Notes: generated by a model from the letters alone, not told the origin. Numbered from the stretch's first letter, positions 7,981-18,457 are shown. The stretch: 64,000 bases of DNA from Candidatus Methylomirabilota bacterium (GCA_035627835.1 DASPKX010000113.1:41358-105357); one strand, 5' to 3'. Translations and numbers: made by a program.

Positions 7981-10164
7981 ATGCCCAATTCATTTGTCTG
8001 CAACCCCGCGCGGCTGGACGCGCTGCATCGCTTCGATATTCTGGACACGGAGCGCGAGCAGGAATTCGACGATCTCACCTCGCTCGCCGCTTACATTACT
8101 CGCTGCCCGATCGCGCTCCTAAACTTCGTCGATTGCGATCGCCAATGGTTTAAGTCCGCGATTGGGCTGAACACGCGTGAGACCTCCATTAAAGTGGCCA
8201 TTTGCGTGCATACCATTCAGCAGGATGGGCTGCTCATCATTGAGGACACGCTCCAGGACCCCCGGTTGAAGGATAATCCCTTGCTCCACGGCACAGGCCC
8301 GATTCGCTTTTATGCGGGCGCGCCGCTGCGCACGAGCGACGGCCACGCGATTGGCACTCTCTGCGTCGCGGACTATGTCCCTCGAAAGCTGGATCTCGAG
8401 CAAGCGTCCTTCCTCCAGGCCCTCGCCCGGCAGGCCATGGCTCAGCTCAATCTCAGGAATGCCGTCACGACCGAGCAGCGGGCGCACCAGGATCTCCGCT
8501 CGCGTGAGGCTTATTTGCAGCTCCAATACGAGCTATCGCGCATTTTGAATGCGGCAGGAGATGGCGACACCCTGTCGAGTTCCCTGGAGGTTATTTGCAA
8601 CCTTCTCCAATGGGATTGCGGCTCTATTTGGCTGCTCGAAGAGGGTGAAGATCATCTCACGCTCGCCCGCCATTACATACGCGCTCCCCGGTCTTTTCCC
8701 AAGTTCACCGAAATGACCCGGCAGAAAACGTTTCGGAAAGGAGAGGGGCTTCCGGGGCACGTTTGGCTCCACGGCCAGGCCATTACCTTTGCGGATATTC
8801 GCCAGGGCATCGGTTATCCAAGGATGCCTATCGCCGCGGAGGAAGGGCTCAGCTCCTGCTTCGGCTTCCCCATCACCGGGCCGGACAACGAGCTGGTGGG
8901 CGTGCTCGAATTCTGGAGCGTGTCCCGCCACGATCCGGAACCGGAACTGATAGCGGCCCTCAGCTCGTTCAGCCGGCAAATGGGCCAATTCCTTCTCCGC
9001 CAATCGGCCCGGGATCAGCTTCTCCGCAGCCAGCGCCTCTACAAGGCCATTCTCTCTTCCGCGCTCGATGCCATCGTGAGCATAGACGCGCATGGGCACA
9101 TTCTTGAGTTTAACCCAGCCGCTGAGCGCCTTTTTGGCTATTCTCGCGAAGAGGCTCTGGGAAAACGGATGACCGAGATGATTGTTCCGCCGCAGCATCG
9201 GGAAGCGCACAACCGCGGCATGGCTCGGTTTCTCGCCACGGGCGAAACGCATGTGCTCAACCGGCGCATCGAGGTTTCTGCGATCGATAGCCGGGGCCGT
9301 GAGTTCCCGATTGAACTGGCGATCGTGGCCAATGGCCACCGGCCAAAGATCACCTTCACCGCATTCATGCGGGACATTCAAGATCGCAAAGCTCTCGAGC
9401 GCCACAGGGAGGAGCAGAACCGCCGGCTGGAAATCGAGGTGCGCGAGCGCACCAAAGCGTTGGCTGAATCCAACGCGCAACTCGAATCCTTCGCTTATTC
9501 TGTCGCGCACGATTTGCGCGCGCCCTTGCGCTCCATCAGCGGCTTTGCGGAAATGCTTGAGGAAGATTTTGGGGCAGCCCTGCCAGCGGAAGGGATCGAT
9601 TACCTCGGGCGCATCAAGCGTTCCGCGCGCCGGCTCGACGCGCTCATTCAAGATTTGCTCGGGTACTCCCGCGTGGGCAAGGTCGATCTTCCTCTCGGGC
9701 CGGTCTCTCTGGACGAGGTCACGCACGCAGCCTTGCAGGCGCTCTCCGGCTCGATCAACGAGGCTCGCGCGGTCGTGTCCCTTGAGGAGCCGCTTGGAAG
9801 CGTGGTCGGCAATAAGGCGGCCCTCCAGCAGGTGTTCGAAAATTTGATCAGCAACGCGGTCAAGTTCACGAACGAGCGCGAGCAGCCCCGTGTGCGCATT
9901 TGGTCCACGCTCGAGGAGGGTTGGCGGCAGGTCTTTTTTGAGGACAACGGCATCGGCATCCGCCCGGAGCACCAGCACAAAGTATTCAAGTTGTTTGAAC
10001 GCGTGGCGACGGAATACCCCGGGACGGGCGTCGGGCTGGCCATCGTTGCGCAGTCCGTTCGCCGCATGAATGGCAGCTGCGGCCTCCATTCGTTGCCTGG
10101 CGCGGGTTCGACCTTTTGGGTTTGCCTTCCCGCGCCCGATCCGGCAGCCCCTTCAAAGCGCTAG
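7981..10164 (+). CDS. sensor histidine kinase (GAF-GAF-PAS-HisKA-HATPase), cytoplasmic
   Basis: 727 aa. AAGGAGG RBS. H-box 'FAYSVAHDLRAPLRSI'. N/G boxes ('NAVKFT', 'DNGIGI', 'GTGVGLAI'). No TM segment seen. Confidence 0.9.
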   Translation: MPNSFVCNPARLDALHRFDILDTEREQEFDDLTSLAAYITRCPIALLNFVDCDRQWFKSAIGLNTRETSIKVAICVHTIQQDGLLIIEDTLQDPRLKDNPLLHGTGPIRFYAGAPLRTSDGHAIGTLCVADYVPRKLDLEQASFLQALARQAMAQLNLRNAVTTEQRAHQDLRSREAYLQLQYELSRILNAAGDGDTLSSSLEVICNLLQWDCGSIWLLEEGEDHLTLARHYIRAPRSFPKFTEMTRQKTFRKGEGLPGHVWLHGQAITFADIRQGIGYPRMPIAAEEGLSSCFGFPITGPDNELVGVLEFWSVSRHDPEPELIAALSSFSRQMGQFLLRQSARDQLLRSQRLYKAILSSALDAIVSIDAHGHILEFNPAAERLFGYSREEALGKRMTEMIVPPQHREAHNRGMARFLATGETHVLNRRIEVSAIDSRGREFPIELAIVANGHRPKITFTAFMRDIQDRKALERHREEQNRRLEIEVRERTKALAESNAQLESFAYSVAHDLRAPLRSISGFAEMLEEDFGAALPAEGIDYLGRIKRSARRLDALIQDLLGYSRVGKVDLPLGPVSLDEVTHAALQALSGSINEARAVVSLEEPLGSVVGNKAALQQVFENLISNAVKFTNEREQPRVRIWSTLEEGWRQVFFEDNGIGIRPEHQHKVFKLFERVATEYPGTGVGLAIVAQSVRRMNGSCGLHSLPGAGSTFWVCLPAPDPAAPSKR

Positions 10165-11993
10165 CCCTGCCGCAGCACACGCTCGAAGCTTTCCTCAATA
10201 AAATGGGCGCTCTGGATCCGGCAGAGGCGCGAGTAAAGCCCTCCGCCAGCCAACAGTTCCTCATGCGCGCCGCGCTCCACAATCTCACCGCCTTTTAAAA
10301 CCAGAATCTGGTCGGCATTGCGCACGGTGCTTAACCGGTGCGCGATCACAAAGCTGGTGCGGTTCGCCATCAACCGCTCGAGAGCTTCCTGGATCAGCTT
10401 CTCCGTTTCGGTGTCCACGCTCGCGGTCGCTTCGTCCAGGATCAACACGGGCGCATCTTTCAACAAAGCGCGCGCGATGCTCACCCGCTGCTTCTCGCCC
10501 ACGCTCAGCTTCACCCCGCGCTCGCCGACCCGTGAATCGTACCCTTCCGGGAGGCGCATGATAAAATCGTGGCAATTGGCCGCCCTGGCCGCCGCCTGCA
10601 GTTCTGCATCGCTTGCTCCTAATCGCCCATACAGAATGTTCTCGCGAATTGTCCCGTTAAACAGAAACGGCTCCTGGCTCACGATGCTGATCTGCTCGCG
10701 CAGTGACGGAAGCGCGATTTCCTGAATATCACGCCCATCCAGGAGGATTCGCCCGCTGGTCGGTTCATGGAACCCAGGGAGGAGGTTCACCAGCGTCGAT
10801 TTGCCTGCGCCCGTCGGGCCGACAAGCGCGATCATCTCACCCGGTTTGGCGTGCAGTGTCACGTTCTTCAGCACCGGACGATCTTTCACGTAGGCGAAGC
10901 CAACATTCTGAAAAGCCACTTCACCGCGCGCGGGCGTTGTTAAGGTCGTTTGCTGGCGTGTGCTCCCCGCCCGCTCCAATGGTGAATCCAGAATGTCGAA
11001 CACCCGTTCACCAGCCGCGCGGGCCGCCTGAAGCATTTGGTTCAGTCCATGCAAACGGCCAATCGGCTCATAGAATAGCGACAGATAAATGATGAAGCTC
11101 ACCAGCTCGCCCAGGGACATCACTCCGCTCAAGACATGGCGTCCCCCCACCCAAAGCACTGCCACCACTCCTAAAGATCCCGCCAGGCTCATTGCGGGAG
11201 AGTACATCGCCCAGACCCGCATCACGCCGAGCGTTCCAGCGCGCAGATCGTCCGCCCGTTCGCTGAAGCGGTTGTCCTCGTGGGTTTCCCGCGCGAAAGA
11301 TTTGATCTGCCGCACTCCCTGGATGTTGTCCATCAACAGCGAGTTCATGGCGCTCGAGGCGGTTCGTTGCTTCCGATAACGGGTGTGCGCTGTGAGCGTG
11401 TACCACAACGCCCCGGCCGCCAGGATCGGCAACGGAGACAGCGCCACCCACGCCAGCGTCGGGTTCATGTAGAACATGATGCTCAACACGCCGACAACAC
11501 TCAGAATCGCCACTGTTCCTTGTTCCGTTCCATCGATCAGCACCCGCTCAACGGAGTTCACGTCCTCAATCACGCGGGTCATCAAATCGCCGGAAGCGCG
11601 TTGGTCGAAGTAGCTCGTTGGCAAGCGTTGCAGCCGCGCATACACCGCGCGGCGCATGTCGTAGATCACGTTCTGCTCGAACGTGTTGTTCACCAAAATG
11701 CGCAAGCTGTTGAACACATCCCGAAGCACAAAGGCCGCCACCAGCCCGAGGATGTAAGGCGTGAGCAGTTCGGCGCGCCCTCCCTTGATCACCTCATCAA
11801 CAATGTGTTGGGTGAGCTTTGGGTACACAAACGAAAAGCCCAGCGACAGGATGGCAAAGCCAATGGTTCCCAACGCCATTAACTTGTACGGGCTTAAAAA
11901 GGGCGCCACGCGCCGGATGATTTCACCAACGCTTCTCTTCCTTGCGGAGAAGGTTGGGTCAGCCGCGGTCAACGCGGCGGAGTGTCGAGACAT
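10161..11993 (-). CDS. ABC exporter, fused permease/ATPase (MsbA/multidrug-like)
   Basis: 610 aa. Six-TM N-terminal half. Walker A 'GPTGAGKST', signature 'LSVGEKQR', Walker B 'VLILDEATS'. Confidence 0.9.
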   Translation of the reverse strand: MSRHSAALTAADPTFSARKRSVGEIIRRVAPFLSPYKLMALGTIGFAILSLGFSFVYPKLTQHIVDEVIKGGRAELLTPYILGLVAAFVLRDVFNSLRILVNNTFEQNVIYDMRRAVYARLQRLPTSYFDQRASGDLMTRVIEDVNSVERVLIDGTEQGTVAILSVVGVLSIMFYMNPTLAWVALSPLPILAAGALWYTLTAHTRYRKQRTASSAMNSLLMDNIQGVRQIKSFARETHEDNRFSERADDLRAGTLGVMRVWAMYSPAMSLAGSLGVVAVLWVGGRHVLSGVMSLGELVSFIIYLSLFYEPIGRLHGLNQMLQAARAAGERVFDILDSPLERAGSTRQQTTLTTPARGEVAFQNVGFAYVKDRPVLKNVTLHAKPGEMIALVGPTGAGKSTLVNLLPGFHEPTSGRILLDGRDIQEIALPSLREQISIVSQEPFLFNGTIRENILYGRLGASDAELQAAARAANCHDFIMRLPEGYDSRVGERGVKLSVGEKQRVSIARALLKDAPVLILDEATASVDTETEKLIQEALERLMANRTSFVIAHRLSTVRNADQILVLKGGEIVERGAHEELLAGGGLYSRLCRIQSAHFIEESFERVLRQG

Positions 11994-12277
11994 AACAACC
12001 CCACCACCTTACGACAGAACCGCAACCACGCAATCCACCGGAACCCCTTCACCACTGTAGCCGCAAGCTTCAGCTTGCGTTCCGGAACTTAACCAGTCGA
12101 CACGTCATCTAAACATCTGCAAACCTCACCCTGTGCCGCGGGTGTGCGCGACACCGCAAAGCCTGGAATGGCATCGATGATAAATGATAAATCACATTCT
12201 CCCTATCCCGGATTTGCAAACCATCGCCGCTCTCCGCATATTTCCGAACCACGCGCGCAACCGCGCCACAATTTACA

Positions 12278-15200
12278 ATGCACCCGTTGAAATTTATTGC
12301 CTTGGCTGCCGCCCTGTCGGCTTCCGTTTACGCCGCTGAACTCGGTGGTCCTGCCGCCTCCAAGCCGGCCACCACCAACGCCTGGGCGGAGGCTGAAACC
12401 GCCATTAAACGTTTCCGCATCCCGCAAGGCTTCAAAATGGAAGTCTTCGCGGTTGAGCCGCAGCTCGCGAATCCTGTCGCCCTTTCCGTGGACGAGCGCG
12501 GGCGCGTGTTTGTAGCCGAAACCCACCGCTACCGCACCAGCGTCCTCGATATTCGCCACTATATGAGCTGGTACGACGACGACCTCGCCGCCCGCACCGT
12601 GGATGACCGCATTGCCATGGTTAAAAAGCACATGGGCAATGATGCCCCGAAACTGATCGGCGAAACAGAGCTGGTGCGCCTGGTTGAGGACACCAACGGC
12701 GACGGTCGCGCGGACAGCTCGAAAGTGTTTGCTGACGGGTTCACCACGATGCTCGACGGCATCGCCTCTGGCGTGCTCGCCCGGCGCGATCAGGTTTATT
12801 TCGCCAACATTCCCGCCGTCACGCTTCTCACAGACAAAAACCGCGACGGCAAGGCCGATGCTCGCAAAGACCTCAGCTTTGGCTACGGTGTTCGCTTCTC
12901 ATTAACGGGCCATGATTTGCACGGGTTGAAATTCGGGCCGGACGGCAAGCTCTACTTCAGCGTGGGCGACCGAGGGTCTCACGTGAAATCCAAAGAGGGC
13001 AAAACTTACGCCTATCCGGATGAAGGCGTTGTTTACCGTTGCGATCCAGATGGCAGCAACCTCGAGGTTTTTGCGACCGGTCTGCGCAACCCGCAGGAAC
13101 TCGTGTTCGACGAATACGGCAATCTCTGGACCGGCGACAACAACTGCGACCATGGCGATTCTGCCCGCCTCGTTTATATAGTGGAGGGCAGCGACACCGG
13201 TTGGCGGGTCGGCTTCCAGTTCAGCGAGCAAAATCCCGCAGGCATCTGGAATGCGGAAGGGCTTTGGAAACTGCGCGAGCAAAACACTGGCGAATATCTG
13301 ATTCCTCCTGTGGCTCACATCGGCAACGGCCCCTCTGGGTTCCTTTATTATCCCGGCACCGGGTTCGGCGATGCGTATAAAGGAACTTTCTTCCTCTGCG
13401 ATTTCCGCGGGCAAGCCACGGGCAGCGGCGTGCACAGCTTCACCGTCACGCCCAAGGGCGCGGGCTTCGAAATGTCTAAGCCCAATCAATTCCTTTGGGA
13501 CATTCTGCTGACCGACATCGACTTTGGACCGGACGGCAAAATGTACATGAGCGATTGGGTGCATGGCTGGCCGAAGTCGGAGAAGGGCCGCATCTATCGG
13601 CTCGTCGATGCCCAGGCGCAGCAAACGGGCCTGGTCCGCGATACCCAAAAGATCCTCGCTGCTGATTTCACGAAAGCGAAGGAACGCGACCTGGTGAGCC
13701 TGCTCGATCACCCGGATATGCGTGTTCGCCAGGAAGCCCAATATCGCCTGGCCCAAAAGAAATCTGTCAACGCGTTGGCCACCGTTGCCCAAAAGAACAC
13801 GAACCAGCTTGCGCGCATCCACGCAATTTGGGGGCTCGGCCAACTCGCTCGCAGTTCCGGGCGCGCAGTCTCCGCCTTGGTTCCGATTAGCAACGACCGC
13901 GACGCGGAGATCCGCGCTCAAGCCATCAAGGTGTTGGGCGACGCTGGCGCGAAGAACGCGTTTGAAGCAGCCGCTCGCCTGACAACAGATTCTTCCCCGC
14001 GCGTCCGCATGTTCGCAGGCCTCGCGCTCGCAAAGATCAACCGCGACCAGGGCTTCGATGCCGCAATCGCGATGCTGCGGGCGAACAAGGATCACGACGT
14101 GTACGTGCGCCACGGCGCGGTCATGGCCTTGGCGAAAAAGGACTACGAGAAGCAGCTCGCGGCTTTGACTAAGGATTCATCGACCTCCGTCCGCCTCGGC
14201 GCAACTCTCGCGCTCCGCCGTCTTAAGTCGCCAGCGGTGGCCGCTTATCTGAACGACCCGGAACCGAAGATCGTGCTGGAAGCCGCGCGCGCCATCAACG
14301 ACGCGGCCATCGATGAAGCAACGCCTGCTCTCGCAAAAGCAATCGCGAAGCCCGGCACTGCTGACGCCGTCGCTCGTCGCGCCATTAACGCCAACTTCCG
14401 TGTGGGCTCCGATGAGACCGCTCGTTCACTCGCGAAATTTGCCACGCAGGCTCAGTCCAGCGAGAGCGCTCGCGCCGAAGCTGTCGGCCTTCTTGCGCAA
14501 TGGTCGAACCCATCAAAGCGTGACCGCGTGACCGGCCTCTGGCGTCCCATCGAAGGTCGTCGCGATGCGAATGCAGCCACAGCTGCATTGACTCCTCATC
14601 TCAAAGAGCTGCTGCAAAACAGCCCTGAAGCTGTCCGGATCGCGTCCATTGATGCCGCTGAGAAGCTCGGCATTCGCGAAGCCGGGTCGCTGCTTGGAGC
14701 GATCATCGCCGATGCGCAGGCTCCGGGCGCCGTTCGCGCGCGGGCTCTAAAAGCTTTGGCCGCGCTGAAGGATCCCGCTCTCACCCAAGCTCTCGAGTTG
14801 GCGAGCGCCGATCCCAACGACCTCGTCCGCCGTGAAGCACAACGCTTGCAGATTCAAGGCAACCGCGGCGGCTCACCCACCCAGCTCGTGTCAGTGCTGG
14901 AAAAAGGCACGATCGCAGAAAAGCAAAATGCCCTCATGGCGATGGGCAGCGTGGAAGGCTCAGTTATCGACGAAGTCGTCCTGCAACAGCTTACCAAGCT
15001 GAAGGCTGGCGACATTCCAAAGGAGATCGAGCTGGATCTTCTTGAAGCAGCCGCGCAGCGCCCGGATGCGCGCGTGAAGCGCTCACTCGCCGAACTTGAG
15101 GCCGCCCAACCGAAGGATAATCCGCTAGCCGCTTACAAGGCGACCCTCGTTGGCGGCGACAAGGAGCTTGGCCGGAAAGTCTTCTTCGAACGCGCTGAGG

Positions 15201-15571
15201 CTGCCTGCCTTCGGTGCCACAAAGTGAATGGCGAAGGCGGCGAGGTTGGTCCTGACCTCACGAAGATCTCCGCTCAACGTGATCGGGCTTATTTGCTCGA
15301 ATCACTCATCGCGCCGAACGCGAAGATCGCTCCCGGCTTCGAGAGTGTCGTTGTCACACTCAAGAACGGCGCCACCTACGCTGGTGTTTTGAAGAGCGAG
15401 ACGGATGCCGTCCTTGAAATTAATTCTCCCGAGGACGGCTTAATCAAGGTGAACAAAGCAGACGTTGAGAGTCGCGAGCGTGGCCTTTCTGGCATGCCGG
15501 AAGGGTTGAACCTCGTGCTCAGCAAGCACGACGTGCGCAACCTTATTGAGTATCTCAGCACGCTCAAGTAG
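12278..15571 (+). CDS. PVC-type membrane-bound-dehydrogenase-domain / HEAT-repeat / heme-binding (CxxCH) protein
   Basis: 1097 aa with a signal peptide. N-terminal beta-propeller-like dehydrogenase domain, central HEAT-like repeats ('VR..A...L' periodicity), C-terminal 'CLRCH' cytochrome c motif. The architecture is typical of Planctomycetes/Verrucomicrobia. Confidence 0.8.
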   Translation: MHPLKFIALAAALSASVYAAELGGPAASKPATTNAWAEAETAIKRFRIPQGFKMEVFAVEPQLANPVALSVDERGRVFVAETHRYRTSVLDIRHYMSWYDDDLAARTVDDRIAMVKKHMGNDAPKLIGETELVRLVEDTNGDGRADSSKVFADGFTTMLDGIASGVLARRDQVYFANIPAVTLLTDKNRDGKADARKDLSFGYGVRFSLTGHDLHGLKFGPDGKLYFSVGDRGSHVKSKEGKTYAYPDEGVVYRCDPDGSNLEVFATGLRNPQELVFDEYGNLWTGDNNCDHGDSARLVYIVEGSDTGWRVGFQFSEQNPAGIWNAEGLWKLREQNTGEYLIPPVAHIGNGPSGFLYYPGTGFGDAYKGTFFLCDFRGQATGSGVHSFTVTPKGAGFEMSKPNQFLWDILLTDIDFGPDGKMYMSDWVHGWPKSEKGRIYRLVDAQAQQTGLVRDTQKILAADFTKAKERDLVSLLDHPDMRVRQEAQYRLAQKKSVNALATVAQKNTNQLARIHAIWGLGQLARSSGRAVSALVPISNDRDAEIRAQAIKVLGDAGAKNAFEAAARLTTDSSPRVRMFAGLALAKINRDQGFDAAIAMLRANKDHDVYVRHGAVMALAKKDYEKQLAALTKDSSTSVRLGATLALRRLKSPAVAAYLNDPEPKIVLEAARAINDAAIDEATPALAKAIAKPGTADAVARRAINANFRVGSDETARSLAKFATQAQSSESARAEAVGLLAQWSNPSKRDRVTGLWRPIEGRRDANAATAALTPHLKELLQNSPEAVRIASIDAAEKLGIREAGSLLGAIIADAQAPGAVRARALKALAALKDPALTQALELASADPNDLVRREAQRLQIQGNRGGSPTQLVSVLEKGTIAEKQNALMAMGSVEGSVIDEVVLQQLTKLKAGDIPKEIELDLLEAAAQRPDARVKRSLAELEAAQPKDNPLAAYKATLVGGDKELGRKVFFERAEAACLRCHKVNGEGGEVGPDLTKISAQRDRAYLLESLIAPNAKIAPGFESVVVTLKNGATYAGVLKSETDAVLEINSPEDGLIKVNKADVESRERGLSGMPEGLNLVLSKHDVRNLIEYLSTLK

Positions 15572-16943
15572 GGCGCGTTTGTTTTCGCGGATCGAGGAGA
15601 TCGGCTAGGCGTTCTGGCGCCAGGCCGCTCTCCGCTAGAGCAACCTCGCGCACCGTGCGCCCGGTTTCATGTGCCACCTTGGCGATCTTTGCAGCCGTGT
15701 CATAACCGATGACCGGCGCGAGTGAGGTGACCATCGCGAGGCTCTGCTCGACCCCGCTCTCGCAACGCTCGCGATCCGCTTGCAAACCAACAACCGTCCG
15801 CCGCGCGAACACGCGAGCGCCGTTGGATAACAGCACGATCGACTCAAGCAGGTTTCGCGCGATGAGCGGCATCATTACGTTAAGCTCAAAGTTGCCGAAG
15901 GAGCCTCCAATGGTGATTGCGGCATCATTGCCAATCACCTGCGCGCACACCTGCAACAGCATCTCGCTCATCACCGGGTTGACCTTGCCCGGCATGATGG
16001 AAGACCCGGGTTGTGTGGCCGGAATCTTAAGCTCGCCGTAGCCGAGCCGCGGGCCGGACCCGAGAAAACGAATATCGTTGGTGATTTTGATGAGGCTTAC
16101 CGCCACCGTCTTGAGCGCTCCGCTCATCTCGACTGCGGCATCGCGAGCGCCCTGAGCCTCAAAATGATTACTCGCTTCGCGCAACGGAAGGCCGGTCTCC
16201 TGCGCGAGCGAAGCAATCGCGCGGGCTGCGAATTGCGGGTGCGTATTGATACCGGTGCCGACAGCGGTGCCGCCGAGGGCCAGCTCCTGCAAATGGATCG
16301 ATGCCCGTTCCACTCGCGTGATGCCATGAGCGAGTTGCGACGCGTAACCGCTGAACTCCTGGCCAAGCAAAATGGGGGTGGCATCCTGAAGATGCGTGCG
16401 CCCGATCTTAACAATGTCCGCGAACTCGCGCTCCTTCGCCTGCAGAGCCGCATGCAGCTCGCGCAGACTCGGCAGCAGCTCGTTCTGGATTCCATCGAGC
16501 GCAGCCACATGAATGGCTGTGGGGATAACATCGTTGCTCGATTGCCCGCGATTAACGTGATCGTTCGGGTGAATCGCTGAACCTTGGGACAGCTCCGAGG
16601 CCCGTCGTGCGATCACCTCGTTGGCGTTCATGTTCGTCGAAGTGCCTGAGCCCGTCTGGAAAATATCGACCACAAAGTGCTGGTCGAGCTTGCCCTCCGC
16701 GACTTCGGACGCCGCCTGCTGAATGGCCTTGCTGATCGGCGCTTCGAGTTGCCCGAGCGCTTCGTTAGCTATCGCGGCATGCTTTTTAATCAAGCCGATA
16801 GCACGAATGAACGTGCGAGGAAACCGCTGCCGGCTGATCGGAAAGTTCTCCACCGCTCGCGCGGTCTGCGCCCCGTAGTAGGCGCTGGTCGGCACGCGCA
16901 TCTCCCCCATGGAATCCCGCTCAATCCTGAAAGCCTCCTCCAT
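15564..16943 (-). CDS. aspA: class-II fumarase/aspartase family lyase, aspartate ammonia-lyase-like
   Basis: 459 aa. 'YYGAQTARAVENFPIS' and the signature 'GSSIMPGKVNPVMSE' (PV.. rather than the PTQ of FumC) favour aspartase. Confidence 0.8.
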   Translation of the reverse strand: MEEAFRIERDSMGEMRVPTSAYYGAQTARAVENFPISRQRFPRTFIRAIGLIKKHAAIANEALGQLEAPISKAIQQAASEVAEGKLDQHFVVDIFQTGSGTSTNMNANEVIARRASELSQGSAIHPNDHVNRGQSSNDVIPTAIHVAALDGIQNELLPSLRELHAALQAKEREFADIVKIGRTHLQDATPILLGQEFSGYASQLAHGITRVERASIHLQELALGGTAVGTGINTHPQFAARAIASLAQETGLPLREASNHFEAQGARDAAVEMSGALKTVAVSLIKITNDIRFLGSGPRLGYGELKIPATQPGSSIMPGKVNPVMSEMLLQVCAQVIGNDAAITIGGSFGNFELNVMMPLIARNLLESIVLLSNGARVFARRTVVGLQADRERCESGVEQSLAMVTSLAPVIGYDTAAKIAKVAHETGRTVREVALAESGLAPERLADLLDPRKQTRPT

Positions 16944-17042
16944 AATTTGCTCCCGCCAGAAGATAGTGCGGGAGAGGTCATTCCGCCATGAGCCGAAAAA
17001 TGGCTTTTACAAGCAAAACTTTTGGGCTAGAACGCCCGTCTT

Positions 17043-17771
17043 ATGTCCGCTCTCGCTGCACAGGCTCAATCTAACGGCTTCAAGGTTTGGGGAATTGATG
17101 ACGTGGTCTATGGCCCAGTGGAGCTGCCAACCCTCGTCTCGTGGGTCAAGGATGAGCGGATCACGGGCGAAACCTGGGTTTACAACGAAGCTCGTGATTT
17201 CTGGCGCAAAGCCAAGGAAATGACCGAGCTGCAGATGTTCTTTAACCAGAACGACACCGTTTTCCAACCCGCGAAACCCGCCCGCTCCGCCCTCAACGCC
17301 CAGGAGGTCGACTTGCCCGCACTGCGCAAAATGCGCGTTTTCGCGGGCATGAACGATTCACAAATCAAGCGCTTCGTTGATTTCATGGAGCTGCGCACCG
17401 CGCGCTCCTTCACCGAGATCGTGAAGCAAGGCGAGCCTGGGGACGCAATGTATCTCATTCTGGACGGCGAGGTGCGCGTGCGCCTGATGATCAGCGGCAA
17501 GGAAACGACCCTGGCCACGCTTTACACCGGTGACTTCTTCGGTGAGATCGCCCTGTTCGACCATGGCCCGCGCTCTGCCGACATCGTGGCGAACAAAGAC
17601 ACGCTGCTCTTGAAAATCGGCGCCTCCTCCTTCCAGCGCCTGGCGACGGAAGCGCCCGACCTGGCGAGCCCGTTCCTCCTTTCCATTGGGCGGACACTCA
17701 CGGGACGCATTCGCGCTGACAACAAGCGCTTGCGCGAGTCTGTGGCGATGGCTCGGGCGCAAAGCAACTAA
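17043..17771 (+). CDS. GYF_2 (DUF4339)-like N-terminal domain fused to a cyclic-nucleotide-binding domain
   Basis: 242 aa. 'VYGPVELPTLVSWVKDERITGETWVY' is GYF_2-like. 'FFGEIALFD...RSADIVA' is the cNMP-binding phosphate-binding cassette. Confidence 0.7.
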   Translation: MSALAAQAQSNGFKVWGIDDVVYGPVELPTLVSWVKDERITGETWVYNEARDFWRKAKEMTELQMFFNQNDTVFQPAKPARSALNAQEVDLPALRKMRVFAGMNDSQIKRFVDFMELRTARSFTEIVKQGEPGDAMYLILDGEVRVRLMISGKETTLATLYTGDFFGEIALFDHGPRSADIVANKDTLLLKIGASSFQRLATEAPDLASPFLLSIGRTLTGRIRADNKRLRESVAMARAQSN

Positions 17772-18457
17772 GCTTTGCCTCGCAACAACGCTTCCAAAGC
17801 ACGGCAAAGCTGCGACAGATCCGCAAGGTGCTGGAGAGCGCCCGTCGCTTCCAAGAGGCCAAACCCTTCGCCGTAAGCGGCGCCATTCACCACGCACGCA
17901 TCGGTGCGCGCATCGCGGAGTTGCTCGCGCCCGCGATCCAGCGCTTGCGCGCGTGAGCCGTCCATCTCGTACTTCCAGCCGACCAATAGCGCTTGCGGGA
18001 ACCATCCCCGGAGCATCGGAAGAAGCTTTGGTGTCGGGAGCAGCTCCGCCAGGAGCGAGCCTTCACGCGTGCTCAACTTCCGACACTCGCCTGCGCGGTG
18101 GCCGTCGGTTGGGTCATGGATGGGCATCAACTCACCATTCAGGGTGCGAACGAACACTTTGCCGAACGCGAAATCGCTCACGGCCGCTGCGTGGAAAACA
18201 GCGTCCCATTTCTGCTCGCTGAGATTTTCAAAACGAGTGCGCAAATCGGCAGTGCTGCCGAAGCTTTGCACGTCCGTGGCATTGGTCGGCAGCGGCGCCG
18301 TCGCCGAGGCTCCGCGTAGGACCAGAACTTCATGTCCTGCGTTCGTGAGGTGATCTGCCAGCGCACCGCCGAGGCGTCCCGTCGAGAAGTTCGTCAGTCT
18401 CCGAACCTCATCCAGCGGCTCATAAGTCGGCCCCGCTGTCACAATGCATCGCATCAA
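17768..18457 (-). CDS. coaB: phosphopantothenate--cysteine ligase domain protein (stand-alone CoaB/DFP C-terminal domain)
   Basis: 229 aa. 'IVTAGPTYEPLDEVRRLTNFSTGRLG' matches the CoaB half of Dfp. No CoaC flavoprotein half is present. Confidence 0.7.
   Translation of the reverse strand: MMRCIVTAGPTYEPLDEVRRLTNFSTGRLGGALADHLTNAGHEVLVLRGASATAPLPTNATDVQSFGSTADLRTRFENLSEQKWDAVFHAAAVSDFAFGKVFVRTLNGELMPIHDPTDGHRAGECRKLSTREGSLLAELLPTPKLLPMLRGWFPQALLVGWKYEMDGSRAQALDRGREQLRDARTDACVVNGAAYGEGFGLLEATGALQHLADLSQLCRALEALLRGKA

Noticed and set aside
8533-10089. Very long antisense ORFs opposite confidently assigned genes: 8533..10089(-), 12902..14113(-), 21362..22510(+), 27481..28581(-), 35821..36519(+), 43375..44262(-), 5425..6096(-).
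   Set aside because: They lie opposite genes with unambiguous family motifs (HK, PVC heme protein, NRPS, ilvC, HtrA, glf, cusA). They have Arg/Ala/Gly/His-rich, low-complexity translations typical of shadow ORFs in high-GC DNA, and they carry no recognisable motifs.
15564-15571. Convergent gene-end overlaps (15564-15571, 10161-10164, 17768-17771) and zero-spacer ends (33876/33877).
   Set aside because: These are common in compact genomes, and no terminator or extra structure is associated with them. They are noted only as evidence of tight packing.
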